IMG/VR virus record: IMGVR_UViG_3300031965_000116 | Location: 1 to 30,154 of that record | Length of the DNA stretch: 30,154 bases | Direction: 5' to 3' (one strand) | Source: a virus | Taxonomy: Duplodnaviria > Caudoviricetes | Shown: in pieces, positions 16,652 through 27,489 of the stretch | Position numbering within the stretch: the first letter of the stretch is position 1 | Layout of the letters: each line of letters begins with the position of its first letter | Translations under genes and position numbers: made by a program | Notes under the pieces: generated by a model | Databases searched by the model: none | Told to the model about the DNA's origin: nothing | The model's input: the letters and a program-made list of their open reading frames with translations, nothing else

Positions 16652-19600
16652 ATGCCAATTGAATTTCAGACCATAGACATTCCCGTAGGTCAGCTAGGCC
16701 TCAATGAGAATGAAGACTCTAAAGTCTTGACTGCTGGTATCCTAACAGCTCACAATGCTCGTTTCGATAAGAAAACAAGGATTTCTAAGAGGTCTGGATA
16801 CAGTCCATTGAGCTCTGGAGTCTTTGATATAGCTTCTATTGAGACACCCGAGATAATACAATCTGGAATTCACTTCACAGTCTACACAGATAATACTGGT
16901 AATGAAGGGATGTTAATGCTTGATGGTATTAACGCTTATAGCTACATCGAAGACATTGACACTTGGAACTATATAAATAGATCTTCACCGATTGATGTTA
17001 CTAAGGAGCTTATCTATGCAGAACAGTCTGGTTTATCACAATTTGATTATGCTGAAGCAAATGGCGTAGAGATGGTTTCTTGGGTTGATTATACAAATCA
17101 GCCAAGATTGAGTGCTATTGGTAAGTCATCTGGAAATATCATTCTTCAGAACCATAGTGAATTTTCTGTTGGTAATACAAACAACTCAGCTGGTAGATTA
17201 ATCCCAATTGGTACAAAAATATTACATATGTACAAGGAGAAGTCTTCTGGAACGATTTGGACAAAGATATATAACACAGAGACCGCCAGATTTGGTCCTA
17301 TAATCACAACTATTAACTTTGCATCTACAGATTCAGCTTATGACTGGGATTGCGTACCCTATACAGCTGATAAAGCTATTCTTTGCGTTAAGGACGATAG
17401 CTCTAATATTTGGATTGGGTATGTAAATGGCTCTGGACAATTTAGTGATTCAGAGGCTGAAGATACCGGGTTAGGAACAATTGATTGGCTAACCCTAGCA
17501 GTATCTTCAGATGGAACAAAAGTTGTTCAAGCGTGGGGATATGGAACAGATACGTATTCTAGAGGCCTCACTCTGGGTTCTTCTGCTCCTGTAGAAGATT
17601 ATGGAACAACTACACTTACAGATCTTCCATACATTGTTTCACAAGCCTACATAGCTATAGATTCTAGCTATAACCAATATTGGGTAGCTAATATCAATGA
17701 CACGCTTGGCACTACTGGTGTGGTAATGCAGGTAAGATCGCCTGGGAGTGCTACAGCTGATCATCTAACTGATACAGCAGGACAATTCCCAGCAGTTAAT
17801 CATAATGAAAAGTTAGCTAGTAGACCTTGGATTGTCGCAACACCATTTGGTGAAGTTGTTCATTTCATTGTAATAAAGGAACTTGAGCTACAGCCAACCT
17901 ACTTTGTTGTTAGGTTTGGAATAGAAGATACTGTTGGACCAACAGGCTTTTTCTGGCCTATGACATTTCCTGCTAAAGTTTTATATGGAGCTGCAGGTGG
18001 TCATCCAGATGGAGATACTGTTATCTCTAAAGTCCAGTTAGTATCTGGTGATACCTATAAGTTAGCTGTTGGCTATAAGACACTTCGGAACACAGCTAAT
18101 AGTGATCAATTTACTCCAGTAGGAGCTTCTACCCTAGAATTGGATATGACTCCAAGAATGCAATCAATTCAATTAGGAGATGCTACATTCCTATCAGGTG
18201 GAGTAATACAGCAATTTGATGGAGCTCAGATATGCGAGGTAGGCTTCAACCATTATCCAGAGCCAGTAAGTACAGCTACATCTGCTAGTGGTGGTAATAT
18301 TGGAGCTGGGACTTATCTATACCAAGTAATCTATGAATGGACTGATGCTAAAGGTAATATTCATAGATCAGCTCCTAGTGTTCCTGTCTCAGTTGCACAT
18401 TCTAGTGGTTCTACTAATAAGACTACTTTATCTGTATTAGCCCATATGGCTACAAATAGACGTAAAACAAAGCTATTCTTTGCTATGGGAAGCACAGATC
18501 AGAGGATTGTAGCCTATAGAACTAAGGCTGGTGAATCTTCAATCTTCTATAGAACTGCTGAATTCTCAGAAGCTAGAACCAATCCATTTGACCAGCCAAC
18601 AATAGAAGACATTATTGATATTACGTCAGATTCTTCTCTATCCTCTAATGAAGTTCTCTACACATCAGGTACTGGTGGAGAGCTTGGTAATGATCCATTC
18701 CCTGGAGCTAAATATCTAGAAGTATTTGATAATAGACTTTGGATGGGAGGGACTGAAGATCCTGAAGAGCTCTACTACTCTAAGGAATACGTTCAAGGTG
18801 AAGGGTTAGGCTTCTCAACAGAATTCAAGTTTAGATTACCTAAACCCATAACTGGCCTATCTACCCTAGATGACAAGATAGTTATCTTCACTAAAAATTC
18901 TATCTACTACATTACTGGTCAAGGTCCTGATGCTACAGGTGCTGGATCAGCATATTCAAACCCACAGAGGATCTCTTCTGATGTTGGCTGTACCAATGCT
19001 GATTCTATTGTCCTTACTGATTCGGGTATCTTCTTTCAATTCAGAACTAGTCTTTACCTACTTGGTAGGAATAATGCAGTTGTTGAGATTAGCTTACCTG
19101 TGAAGGATACCCTAGCTAACCTAACAATAACTTCAGCTGTCCTCCTAACTGATAATAATGAGATATTGTGGACCACGGCAGAGGGAACGGGAATAGTTTT
19201 CAACTATCTCTATGGCAGATGGTCTACGTGGACTAACCACAACGCAACTAAAGCTATTAACTGGGCTAATTCATTAGTGTTATTGAGAGATAATGGAGTT
19301 ATTCTCAAATCAGATCCTACTCTCTATTCTGATGATGGAGAACTCTACAATCTCAAGATAGAGCTTCCCTGGATAAAGCCTGGTGGTCTCAATGGATATC
19401 AACGAACAAAGTGGTTAGAGATTCTTGGTGATCTTATGGATGACCACACATTAACTGCCACATTAGCCTACAATTATGAATCTAATGACTCAGATAGCCA
19501 TTCATTCATAACCTCTACAGCTCTGCCTATTTCAGGCAAAAGTGGCAGTAATGAATCTGTCTATCAATTCAGATTGAAACCTAAATATCAGAAATCCAAT

Positions 19601-19723
19601 GCGTATAAACTCACTCTGGAGGATACCACTAATACTGGTAATTCATTTACGCTGAACTCGCTTGGTCTAGTTATTGGCGTTAAGAAGAGTGTCCATAAAT
19701 TACCAGCTAAGAAAACTATCTAA
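16652..19723 (+). CDS. Tail nozzle / tail tubular B-like (DNA stabilisation) protein
   Basis: 1023 aa, beta-propeller-like. Motifs FDNRLWMG, LYYSKEY, ITGLSTLDDKIVIFTKNSIYYITGQGPD and ISSDVGC. Precedes the ejection proteins. Confidence 0.8.
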   Translation: MPIEFQTIDIPVGQLGLNENEDSKVLTAGILTAHNARFDKKTRISKRSGYSPLSSGVFDIASIETPEIIQSGIHFTVYTDNTGNEGMLMLDGINAYSYIEDIDTWNYINRSSPIDVTKELIYAEQSGLSQFDYAEANGVEMVSWVDYTNQPRLSAIGKSSGNIILQNHSEFSVGNTNNSAGRLIPIGTKILHMYKEKSSGTIWTKIYNTETARFGPIITTINFASTDSAYDWDCVPYTADKAILCVKDDSSNIWIGYVNGSGQFSDSEAEDTGLGTIDWLTLAVSSDGTKVVQAWGYGTDTYSRGLTLGSSAPVEDYGTTTLTDLPYIVSQAYIAIDSSYNQYWVANINDTLGTTGVVMQVRSPGSATADHLTDTAGQFPAVNHNEKLASRPWIVATPFGEVVHFIVIKELELQPTYFVVRFGIEDTVGPTGFFWPMTFPAKVLYGAAGGHPDGDTVISKVQLVSGDTYKLAVGYKTLRNTANSDQFTPVGASTLELDMTPRMQSIQLGDATFLSGGVIQQFDGAQICEVGFNHYPEPVSTATSASGGNIGAGTYLYQVIYEWTDAKGNIHRSAPSVPVSVAHSSGSTNKTTLSVLAHMATNRRKTKLFFAMGSTDQRIVAYRTKAGESSIFYRTAEFSEARTNPFDQPTIEDIIDITSDSSLSSNEVLYTSGTGGELGNDPFPGAKYLEVFDNRLWMGGTEDPEELYYSKEYVQGEGLGFSTEFKFRLPKPITGLSTLDDKIVIFTKNSIYYITGQGPDATGAGSAYSNPQRISSDVGCTNADSIVLTDSGIFFQFRTSLYLLGRNNAVVEISLPVKDTLANLTITSAVLLTDNNEILWTTAEGTGIVFNYLYGRWSTWTNHNATKAINWANSLVLLRDNGVILKSDPTLYSDDGELYNLKIELPWIKPGGLNGYQRTKWLEILGDLMDDHTLTATLAYNYESNDSDSHSFITSTALPISGKSGSNESVYQFRLKPKYQKSNAYKLTLEDTTNTGNSFTLNSLGLVIGVKKSVHKLPAKKTI

Positions 19724-19744
19724 TCACAAGGAATTATAACAACA

Positions 19745-21787
19745 ATGCCACCTATGATGCCAAAAGCTAATGCAGCAACTGACCCTAACAAGAAACAGGT
19801 GAAGCCAGTGGTTGCTACTTCAGCTACCACACCAGCAACGTTAGATGTGAATAAGGCTGCTTCTACAGGACAACTCAAGCTAGTTGATAATACAGCAGCT
19901 AAGCTAGCAGCTGAGCAGGAGAAGTTAAAGCAGGCTTTAGCTGCACAGAATGCTCAACGGCCAGCAACGCTATCTGCGCCAATCCCTTTGCCACCTACTC
20001 CAGTTAATCCACTTAAAGAAGGTAAATGGGGCACAGCTAGCCAAGCTAGCACAGCTGGTCAAGCAGCAGCAGCTAGGAAAGCAGCAGAAGAAGCTCAGAA
20101 TGCTCCACCTGCAGCAACTAAGGCTCCAACTGCTCTAACGGTAGGTGATCAGGCTTTAAGTGATGCACAGCGGGTTCAGGCTGAAATTGAAGCTGCTAGA
20201 GCTGCAGCTGGACTTCCGCCATCATCTCCAGCTACTCCTAGTGATGATGTTGTATCTCAAGATGCGGTATATAATGTTGATCGAGTTAGAGCCGCGATAG
20301 AAGCTGCTCAAGGTCGTGAAAGAAATAGGCAGCGTGAAGCTGATGTTGAGGCTGGTTGGGATAGTTCCGTAGATAAGGAAGATAAGGAGAGATGGGCTGC
20401 TGATGCTGCTATTGGTGGTGCTGGTAATGGCCTAAGAGAGATAGCTGAAGATATAGCTGAATATGAGGCTGAACATCCATTTGAGGATGAAGCTAGGGAG
20501 CTTCAAGGGGGTGTGAATGAGCCAAGAGCTTATATCAGACATTTCCAACCATCTGCCGCAGGTGGCAAAGAAGAGGATCTTCGTTATCGTGAAGCCGTAG
20601 CAGGTTTATCATCAAGTGCTATGTCTGCATCTGAACAAGCCCAACAGCACTTAGCTGATGTATTAGCTAGAGATCCTATGCTTGCCGAGAAATATGGTCT
20701 AGGTGGAGTAGCTACATATGGAGGCGCTCAATACGATACTCAGACCCAACAGCAGTTTAGAGATATACAACAGCAGACTATTAATCAGTTGCTAAATGCT
20801 CCCTCTATAGCTCAACAGGAAGCTGATAGGGCTAGAGAAGCTGCTATGGCTCAACAGTTTGCAGCTTCAAGATCTGGACGTGGACAAGGTAATCTTGCAG
20901 CTAGTCAAAGATTAATGGGAACTAATGTAGCTCAGACTAATCAAACTATAGCTAGAGATGCTTCTATCGCAGCTGCTCAAGAGAATCTGGCTAGACAGCA
21001 AGCTGCTGCAGGAATAGCTGGAACAGCTAGGGGTATGGATATTGGTGTAGCTGGTACTGAAGCTGGTCTAGCTCAACAGGCTGGCCTATTCTCAGCTGAA
21101 CAGAGAAATCAGGCTGCTGAAGCAGAATTAGCTGCACAGATACAACAGGAACAATTCAATACTCAAGCTCAAATAGCTCAAACAGCTCAACAGGATCAGT
21201 TAAGATCTGCGCTAACAGCTCAACAGTTAGGATATGAGGGTATTGGAGTAGATGTTCTAGGACAGCAAAGAGCTTCAGATATCGCTCTAGCTAATCAAGT
21301 AGAGGCAGATCAGCTAATTAGAGAAGGTTATGACGTACAGCGGTATGCAGCTGACGCTGGTGTCAGAGCTGCAGAAGCTTCACAACCATCTTGGGGGCAA
21401 ACTCTTGTAGGTGGAGGCATGAATATCCTAGGTAGCGCTCTAGGTGGATGGCTAGCATCTGACAAGAATGTCAAGAAAGGTATTAAGTCTACTTCACCTA
21501 AGGATATTAACAGCTTTCTAGACGCCCTGGAGTCCTATGACTATAGCTACAAACGAGGTGATACTTCTCCAAAGACTGGTGTAATGGCACAAGATCTAGA
21601 GAAATCATCTATTGGTAAGAAATTAGTATCTGAAGATCCAATGAGTGGAACAAAGATGGTTGATACTAGATCAGCTACATTAACTATGATGGGTGCACTT
21701 AGTGAACTTCATAAGAGACAGAAGGCAATTGAAGCTGAACTTCGTTCACTAGGCGGTCTTAAACCAGCTAATAAGGGGAGACGATAA
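19745..21787 (+). CDS. Ejection (internal virion) protein with C-terminal peptidase S74 autocleaving chaperone domain
   Basis: Ala/Gln-rich helical body, Gly-rich hydrophobic segment, then SDKNVKKGI...YDYSYK...GVMAQDLEK from 21458. Confidence 0.78.
   Translation: MPPMMPKANAATDPNKKQVKPVVATSATTPATLDVNKAASTGQLKLVDNTAAKLAAEQEKLKQALAAQNAQRPATLSAPIPLPPTPVNPLKEGKWGTASQASTAGQAAAARKAAEEAQNAPPAATKAPTALTVGDQALSDAQRVQAEIEAARAAAGLPPSSPATPSDDVVSQDAVYNVDRVRAAIEAAQGRERNRQREADVEAGWDSSVDKEDKERWAADAAIGGAGNGLREIAEDIAEYEAEHPFEDEARELQGGVNEPRAYIRHFQPSAAGGKEEDLRYREAVAGLSSSAMSASEQAQQHLADVLARDPMLAEKYGLGGVATYGGAQYDTQTQQQFRDIQQQTINQLLNAPSIAQQEADRAREAAMAQQFAASRSGRGQGNLAASQRLMGTNVAQTNQTIARDASIAAAQENLARQQAAAGIAGTARGMDIGVAGTEAGLAQQAGLFSAEQRNQAAEAELAAQIQQEQFNTQAQIAQTAQQDQLRSALTAQQLGYEGIGVDVLGQQRASDIALANQVEADQLIREGYDVQRYAADAGVRAAEASQPSWGQTLVGGGMNILGSALGGWLASDKNVKKGIKSTSPKDINSFLDALESYDYSYKRGDTSPKTGVMAQDLEKSSIGKKLVSEDPMSGTKMVDTRSATLTMMGALSELHKRQKAIEAELRSLGGLKPANKGRR
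21733..21754 (+). repeat. In-frame mini-hairpin element (AELRSL)
   Basis: AGCTGAACTTCGTTCACTAGGC. Confidence 0.75.
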
Positions 21788-21791
21788 TACA

Positions 21792-23672
21792 ATGAGTAAT
21801 TTTAGTTATGACCCAATGGCATTCACTGCTAACCCATCTGCTCTACCAGCTGTTCCTTCACCTCCTGGCCTAGGTGGTCAGCTAACCCCTAATGCATTAG
21901 GCGCTCAGAGGTTTCTAGATGTCATGGCTGCTAATAGAGCTCCAGGAGTTTCTCCCCAGAATCCTAATGTAGCTAACGTACCTAATAATCAATTATCTCT
22001 TGGACTTCCACAGCTTCAAGCTCCAACTATTGCTCCTCCAGTTGTCCAAGCACCATCTGCTGCTACTCCAGAGACTCAGGAAAGCTTTAAGCAGGCTGTA
22101 GCTGCTAAAACAATGCCTCAAGTAGCTATAGCTGCTCAGGATGCACAGTCAACCTATCAGAATAAGTTAGCTGAAGCGCAAACAGGTATTAATACAGCTT
22201 TAACTGGGAAGGAGGAAGCTCAGCAAACCCTTCTTAAAGCCAAGTTTGAGACTCAAGACTTGATGCAGAAGGAAATTAGTGATGCTAATATTAAAGCTGC
22301 TAATATTGATAAGGAAGTAAAAGATACTCGAGATAAGCTAACTGCTGATATTGAAGCTAAGCGTCAGAGACTCAATGAGATTCTAGCTCCTGAATATTAT
22401 ACAGAGACACCTGAAAATGTTCAGACTAGAATGATGGATCAGCTAACCGATCCAAGTATTGGATTCAACCTTGATGCTGAAACTGCAAGGGGATTAATCT
22501 CCTCTCCCAATCCTAAGCAATTTGCTCAAGAGAACGGATTACCAGAATCTGCAGCTAATATGGTTGCATTGACCAAACCTAAACAGATTGAGAAAAAGGC
22601 TACTAATTTCTGGGGTCGTCTAGATGAACAATGGCAAGCTGGTGAACGTGGTACAGCCGTAGCTAAGGGTGTAGGCATGGTTGTAGCTATGGCTCTATCA
22701 GAGATTGGAACAGCTATAGCATCTAATCGCAGAGCTGCTCCTGGTCAAGGTGTTGCTAGAGTTCAAAATCTAGTTGATGGAATTATTGCTCAACAGGTTA
22801 AAGCTAAACAGCAAGGTGTCCTCCAAGCTCAGAGCGCTCTAGCCCAAGCATCTAATATCTATGATGATAGTCTTAAGCAGACTGAAGCTGCTAAGGGTAT
22901 TCTATACAATAATCTACAACATAGACTTGATGCCTTGAAGCTAAAGACTTCTAATGATGAACGTACAGCCTTAGCTGAACAGCTTAAACAGGATATTGAG
23001 CTTCAAAAGAATCAATCTCTAATGAAGGTAGCAGATCTAGAAACTAGGGATGCTGATAGTAAATTAACTCTACAAGCTTCTCTAGCAACTAATAGAGCTA
23101 CTCAAGAGGAACGTGCTCAGGTTAGAGAAGTAGAAGCTCAACAGAAGATTCTTGAAGAGCAGAAGAAGATTGCTGCAGTTGATCTGTCTAAGGTTCCTGG
23201 CATAACTATTGATCCTGAAGATCCACCAACAGAAAACGATAAGAAGAGATTCCAGGACAATCTGGTGCCTTACATCTCAATGTCTAAGAACCTAACTGCT
23301 ATTGAAGAACTAGCTAAAAGCTCTAATATTGGTACTAAGCTTGATAGAAGTCAGTTAGCTGAGATTAAGACTAATATTATAGAATTCCAAACCAATTGGA
23401 ATAAGTCTAAAGCCCTAGGTGCTCTTGATAAGGGGACTCAGGAATTAATGGAAAAGCTTCTATCAAATCCTGCAGATATAACTACATTCAAGACTACTAC
23501 CCTAGCTCAGATAGCTCAACTTCAGGCTAGGGCTAATGAGAGAATTTCAGGATCTGCTATTGCTTATAACTACAGTATAGATATTCCAGCTGTTCTTTCA
23601 GGTGGAAAGATATCTAGTGGGCAGTCATCTGATCCTTACAATCAATATAGGATTCAAACCGGAGGTCGTTAA
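21792..23672 (+). CDS. Putative ejection (internal virion) protein
   Basis: Pro-rich N-terminus, long coiled coils, one hydrophobic segment, and gene position. Confidence 0.6.
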   Translation: MSNFSYDPMAFTANPSALPAVPSPPGLGGQLTPNALGAQRFLDVMAANRAPGVSPQNPNVANVPNNQLSLGLPQLQAPTIAPPVVQAPSAATPETQESFKQAVAAKTMPQVAIAAQDAQSTYQNKLAEAQTGINTALTGKEEAQQTLLKAKFETQDLMQKEISDANIKAANIDKEVKDTRDKLTADIEAKRQRLNEILAPEYYTETPENVQTRMMDQLTDPSIGFNLDAETARGLISSPNPKQFAQENGLPESAANMVALTKPKQIEKKATNFWGRLDEQWQAGERGTAVAKGVGMVVAMALSEIGTAIASNRRAAPGQGVARVQNLVDGIIAQQVKAKQQGVLQAQSALAQASNIYDDSLKQTEAAKGILYNNLQHRLDALKLKTSNDERTALAEQLKQDIELQKNQSLMKVADLETRDADSKLTLQASLATNRATQEERAQVREVEAQQKILEEQKKIAAVDLSKVPGITIDPEDPPTENDKKRFQDNLVPYISMSKNLTAIEELAKSSNIGTKLDRSQLAEIKTNIIEFQTNWNKSKALGALDKGTQELMEKLLSNPADITTFKTTTLAQIAQLQARANERISGSAIAYNYSIDIPAVLSGGKISSGQSSDPYNQYRIQTGGR

Positions 23673-26332
23673 TGCCTAACTTTAGAAATAAGGCTTCAGG
23701 GGATATCTACAACATCCCTGAAGACGCACCTGTCTATAGCCAGGCCGTTAATGATCCTAACCTAGAGATGGTCTCAGAAGCTACTGTAGGTCCTCCTGAG
23801 CTACCACCTGATCCATTATCTAGAATGAAGGAGATTACAAATCCCAATAATCAGGTAATGAGATCAGTTGGTAATGAATATTACATTCCACCTAAAGATA
23901 AAGTTCCCGAGATGCTTCAGAAAGGATTTGTTCCTGTTGAAGATCCAACTGAACTCAATGAGCTATTAGATAGAGTTCAGAATGAATCCAATTGGGGAGA
24001 AGCCTTAGCTTTCGGTGCAGCTAGAGGGCTAACCTTTGGCCTATCAGATGCATTTCTATCTGCTGAAGTTGAGCCAAATCCTAAGATAGCTGAGGATGCT
24101 AGAAGACTTCTTGATCCATCATTGACTACAGCTTCCTACACTACGGAGTCTCTACAGCCAATAGTTCCAAAGGAAGTTATTAGGGCAGCTAAAGGTGGAC
24201 ATCCTTGGCTATCTCTAGGTTCTGAAATAGCTGGTGGTACATTAACTGGTGGTGCTGTTAAATCTCTAGCTACTAGAGCTTTAGGTAAAACTGTAGCTAA
24301 GGCAGCCACTAAGAGAATGTTAGCTAACTCTATTGAGGGAGCTGCCTATTCAGCTGGTCAATTAGTTTCTGAAGAAATGCTTGGAGAGAGGGATTTAAAT
24401 CCTGAATCAGCAGTTAAACATCTAGCATTAGGAGCAATCTTTGGTGCTGCTATTCCTGAAGCTGGTGTAGGTTTAGCTAAACTTGGTAAAGCTAGTAAGG
24501 ATAAAGCCTTAGGCTGGTACACGAAGTGGTTAGCTAAGGAAGCATCTACTTCCGACTCTCTTGTCACCCCAGATATTATTGAAGAGATACTTACTCAGCC
24601 AATCCTAGCTAATAAGTTTGGCAAGTCATCTAAAGCTGTAGCTGATAATAGTAATGCAATTATCTCTAATCTTGAATCTCTTGCCACGAGGGAGGGTGTT
24701 GAGAATTTTGAAAGGGAACTGCCACATATTATTGACTCTGTAATCATATCAAGAAAACCATCTATCAATGCTAAAGCTTACAATGAATTGATAGAAGACC
24801 TAGATGATATTACGTCCATTAGTAGAAGCCTACCTGGGACAACAGAGGCTGAGAAGACTCTACTTGATAACCTAGCTAACTCTATTGAATCAGCAACTAA
24901 GAAATCTCTTCAAGGGGATGTTGATGAGCTAATACCAACTCTCTCTAAAATATACAGAATAGAAAGAGTTGTGGCTGGAATGTCCAAACCTCCATCAATG
25001 AGCTCTTCTCAATGGTTTACCCTAAAGAATCAATTGAAAAGATTTGGAAGCTTTATGGATGATGAGCTTGGGTATTCGGCTGCTGAGAATGAACTAAACG
25101 GGTTGTTTAATTCACTTAAGAATATCAATGAGGTCTCTAGTAGTTATCGTGCGATGGATGAAGTCTTCAATGCTACTAATCCAAATGAAATTCCTAATTC
25201 TCTAGCTAATGAGATAATGGAACTCAATATGAATACAGGAAAGGCTGTTTCACAACTAAGAGGTCACCTTCGTATCATCAATGAATTAACTACTTTGAAT
25301 AATGTTGAAGCAAAATATATTAAAAGCTTCCTAGATGGGGGTTCAGATAAAGAGATTGCTAAAACAATTAAGGTTCAAGAGAATCTGTCTAAGATAAACA
25401 GGAATCTAAAAGGCAAGGGGAAAAGTAAAGACGAGGTATTCGAGGAAATTCTCAAGCTTAGGACTTTAACTGGAGCAGGTGGTGGCTATTATGTAGGTGG
25501 GCCTGTTGGAGCAGCTATTGGTGCTGCTATTCCATATATAACCAAACAGGTTGTTAAGAGACCATCTATACCTATTAAAGCATTAGCTACACTCAAAATG
25601 TTATCTCATCAATCTGATGAAGAGATGAGGGGATTAACTAACGCTATCGTAACGGGAAGTAGATACTCTTCAACAGTTGCCCCAACTATAGCTATTACAG
25701 ATGAAGTCTATCATAACATTATAGATTCACTGAGCATTGCTGATGATCAGATTATAGCTAATCTCCAAGAAGACTTTAATGAATACAGTCAACATGCTCC
25801 AACCACAGCTGATGAGACGATAGCTAAGATTCTTGAGATAAAGCAACATATTAGCGATATGATATCTAAGCCTAGTTATCTAGATCCTGGATGGGGTCCA
25901 CAGAAACAATGGTCTCCACCAGCTTCTGAGAAAACCAAGCTAAAGAACGTTCTCAATACGATATCTGATCCTCTTAAGCCATTGAGAGATATAGCTAATG
26001 GGTATCCAGCTCCAACTGAATCCATTGAAGTGGTTAAGAAATTCTTCCCTGAGCTCTACAATAAGACAAAGATGGATTTCATAGCTAATATGATGGATAG
26101 TAGAAAACCATTACCTTACGCTATTCGCTTACAGCTATCTAAATATCTAGATATGGACATGACTGGTTTCTCTAATCCAGAGTTGCTGATGATGCTTCAA
26201 TCACCGTCAGTTAACCAACCAGCTTCACAGCCAACTGCTGGTAGCAATCCTTCTAATCTAGAGCTTCCATCAATATCAACAGATGTAGATAGAATCTCTT
26301 TAGGTGGAGCTAAAGGCTCCCCTGAGCGCTAA
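23672..26332 (+). CDS. Putative large ejection (internal virion) protein
   Basis: FGAARGLTFGLSD motif and Gly/Ala-rich membrane-type segments (GGPVGAAIGAAIP). Last large gene of the virion block. Confidence 0.65.
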   Translation: MPNFRNKASGDIYNIPEDAPVYSQAVNDPNLEMVSEATVGPPELPPDPLSRMKEITNPNNQVMRSVGNEYYIPPKDKVPEMLQKGFVPVEDPTELNELLDRVQNESNWGEALAFGAARGLTFGLSDAFLSAEVEPNPKIAEDARRLLDPSLTTASYTTESLQPIVPKEVIRAAKGGHPWLSLGSEIAGGTLTGGAVKSLATRALGKTVAKAATKRMLANSIEGAAYSAGQLVSEEMLGERDLNPESAVKHLALGAIFGAAIPEAGVGLAKLGKASKDKALGWYTKWLAKEASTSDSLVTPDIIEEILTQPILANKFGKSSKAVADNSNAIISNLESLATREGVENFERELPHIIDSVIISRKPSINAKAYNELIEDLDDITSISRSLPGTTEAEKTLLDNLANSIESATKKSLQGDVDELIPTLSKIYRIERVVAGMSKPPSMSSSQWFTLKNQLKRFGSFMDDELGYSAAENELNGLFNSLKNINEVSSSYRAMDEVFNATNPNEIPNSLANEIMELNMNTGKAVSQLRGHLRIINELTTLNNVEAKYIKSFLDGGSDKEIAKTIKVQENLSKINRNLKGKGKSKDEVFEEILKLRTLTGAGGGYYVGGPVGAAIGAAIPYITKQVVKRPSIPIKALATLKMLSHQSDEEMRGLTNAIVTGSRYSSTVAPTIAITDEVYHNIIDSLSIADDQIIANLQEDFNEYSQHAPTTADETIAKILEIKQHISDMISKPSYLDPGWGPQKQWSPPASEKTKLKNVLNTISDPLKPLRDIANGYPAPTESIEVVKKFFPELYNKTKMDFIANMMDSRKPLPYAIRLQLSKYLDMDMTGFSNPELLMMLQSPSVNQPASQPTAGSNPSNLELPSISTDVDRISLGGAKGSPER

Positions 26333-26336
26333 TTTC

Positions 26337-26477
26337 AATTAATAGCTCTAGAAGGCCCTGAGAGGCCATTAGAGCTGTTTTAGGGGTAGGCCTTACGTCA
26401 TACCTAGGGTAGGCCTTAAAAATCGATTACAGAGCATCCTAGGAGCTCTGAGAGGGTTCTGAGGGCGTTACCCTAAC
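26337..26477 (-). repeat. ~140-bp dispersed element, copy B (inverted)
   Basis: Reverse complement aligns by eye to 5246-5390. Confidence 0.9.
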
Positions 26478-26498
26478 CAATAACCTTACCGCCCTAAT

Positions 26499-26599
26499 AA
26501 GGTGTTCGCACCTAAGGCTGAGCTAAGGCTGAACTTCGTTCGCCTAGCGAGCTACGCTCAGCTACGCTCACCTAGCGAACAAAGTTCAGCTAAAAGGAG
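26499..26599 (+). repeat. Mini-hairpin element cluster (largest)
   Basis: AGGTGTTCGCACCT, GAACTTCGTTC, GAGCTACGCTC and GAACAAAGTTC hairpins, ending in RBS AAGGAG. Confidence 0.9.
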
Positions 26600-26605
26600 A
26601 TTACA

Positions 26606-26932
26606 ATGGGAATGACTTATGAAAGAAGCTTAGAGCTTATCCACGGATTTACTAATGAAGATGATACTCAGTTAATACATTTTACAGGAACTGTTAGCGG
26701 TTTAGCTGTAGACGCAAATGGCATGTACAGGATTATAGCTGATCAAAGTTGCTTATATGATGTGTCCACTACTGAATCAGCTACAGCTAGTGGATGTTAT
26801 CTTCCTGCTGATACTGTTGAGTATGTAGGTATTAACGATACTGATGGTCTAGTATTGAGTGCTGTTCAGAAGAGTACTCCTGGGACTCTTTGGTTATCTA
26901 AGATGACTGCAAGTAAGCGATTTGTTAAGTAA
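26606..26932 (+). CDS. Small beta-rich virion protein, paralog of 13627-13953
   Basis: Strong RBS and colinear similarity to 13627-13953. Confidence 0.7.
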   Translation: MGMTYERSLELIHGFTNEDDTQLIHFTGTVSGLAVDANGMYRIIADQSCLYDVSTTESATASGCYLPADTVEYVGINDTDGLVLSAVQKSTPGTLWLSKMTASKRFVK

Positions 26933-26953
26933 TAATAAAAAAAGGACGCCAAT

Positions 26954-27220
26954 ATGACAACAGAACGTGAACTTTTAATCGAGAGTAGGATAAGTACTGT
27001 TGAAACGAATGTCAAGGATCTCAAACAAGATTCGACCGAAATCAGGAGTGACGTTAAGTCGCTTATCAAAGAAACTAGCTCTTTGAAGACCTATGTGAAG
27101 ATTCTTCTAATAGTAACTGGGCTAGCAGGTGGAGGACAGTTGGCATTGAAAGTAGTAGCTCCTACTACTCCACAACCAGCAGCTATAACCCAACCAGCCA
27201 TACCAACCAGCCATAACTAG
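26954..27220 (+). CDS. Coiled-coil plus transmembrane protein (XhlA/holin-like architecture)
   Basis: Heptad N-terminus followed by hydrophobic ILLIVTGLAGGGQLAL. Confidence 0.5.
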   Translation: MTTERELLIESRISTVETNVKDLKQDSTEIRSDVKSLIKETSSLKTYVKILLIVTGLAGGGQLALKVVAPTTPQPAAITQPAIPTSHN

Positions 27221-27231
27221 GAGTAGTCATT

Positions 27232-27489
27232 ATGAGTAATCAATTGAGGACAGTCACTCAGATACCACTTATCAATACTGGATCTAGGGAGTTTATCCAG
27301 TTGCAGCAGAATATTAACAAAGCTCTCCAGATCATCTCTAATAACTTTCTCAATACAATCGTTACGTCTGATGACAATGTTGATTCAACTAATCATATTG
27401 TATTAACTACAGTAAGTGGAGTCATTGATAATAGTCTATTAGATATCAATGGGTTAGCTGTGCTAGTATCAGGGCTCATCCTTAGCTGA
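27232..27489 (+). CDS. Hypothetical protein
   Basis: RBS AGGAG. The stop codon falls inside the inverted hairpin element. Confidence 0.6.
   Translation: MSNQLRTVTQIPLINTGSREFIQLQQNINKALQIISNNFLNTIVTSDDNVDSTNHIVLTTVSGVIDNSLLDINGLAVLVSGLILS

Noticed and set aside
1249-24567. Minus-strand and short alternate-frame ORFs in the track (e.g. 1249-1536, 3711-3896, 7113-7406, 9494-9685, 10188-10448, 19950-20138, 24358-24567)
   Set aside because: They shadow long real genes and show no recognisable motif, unlike the nested ORF at 2692.
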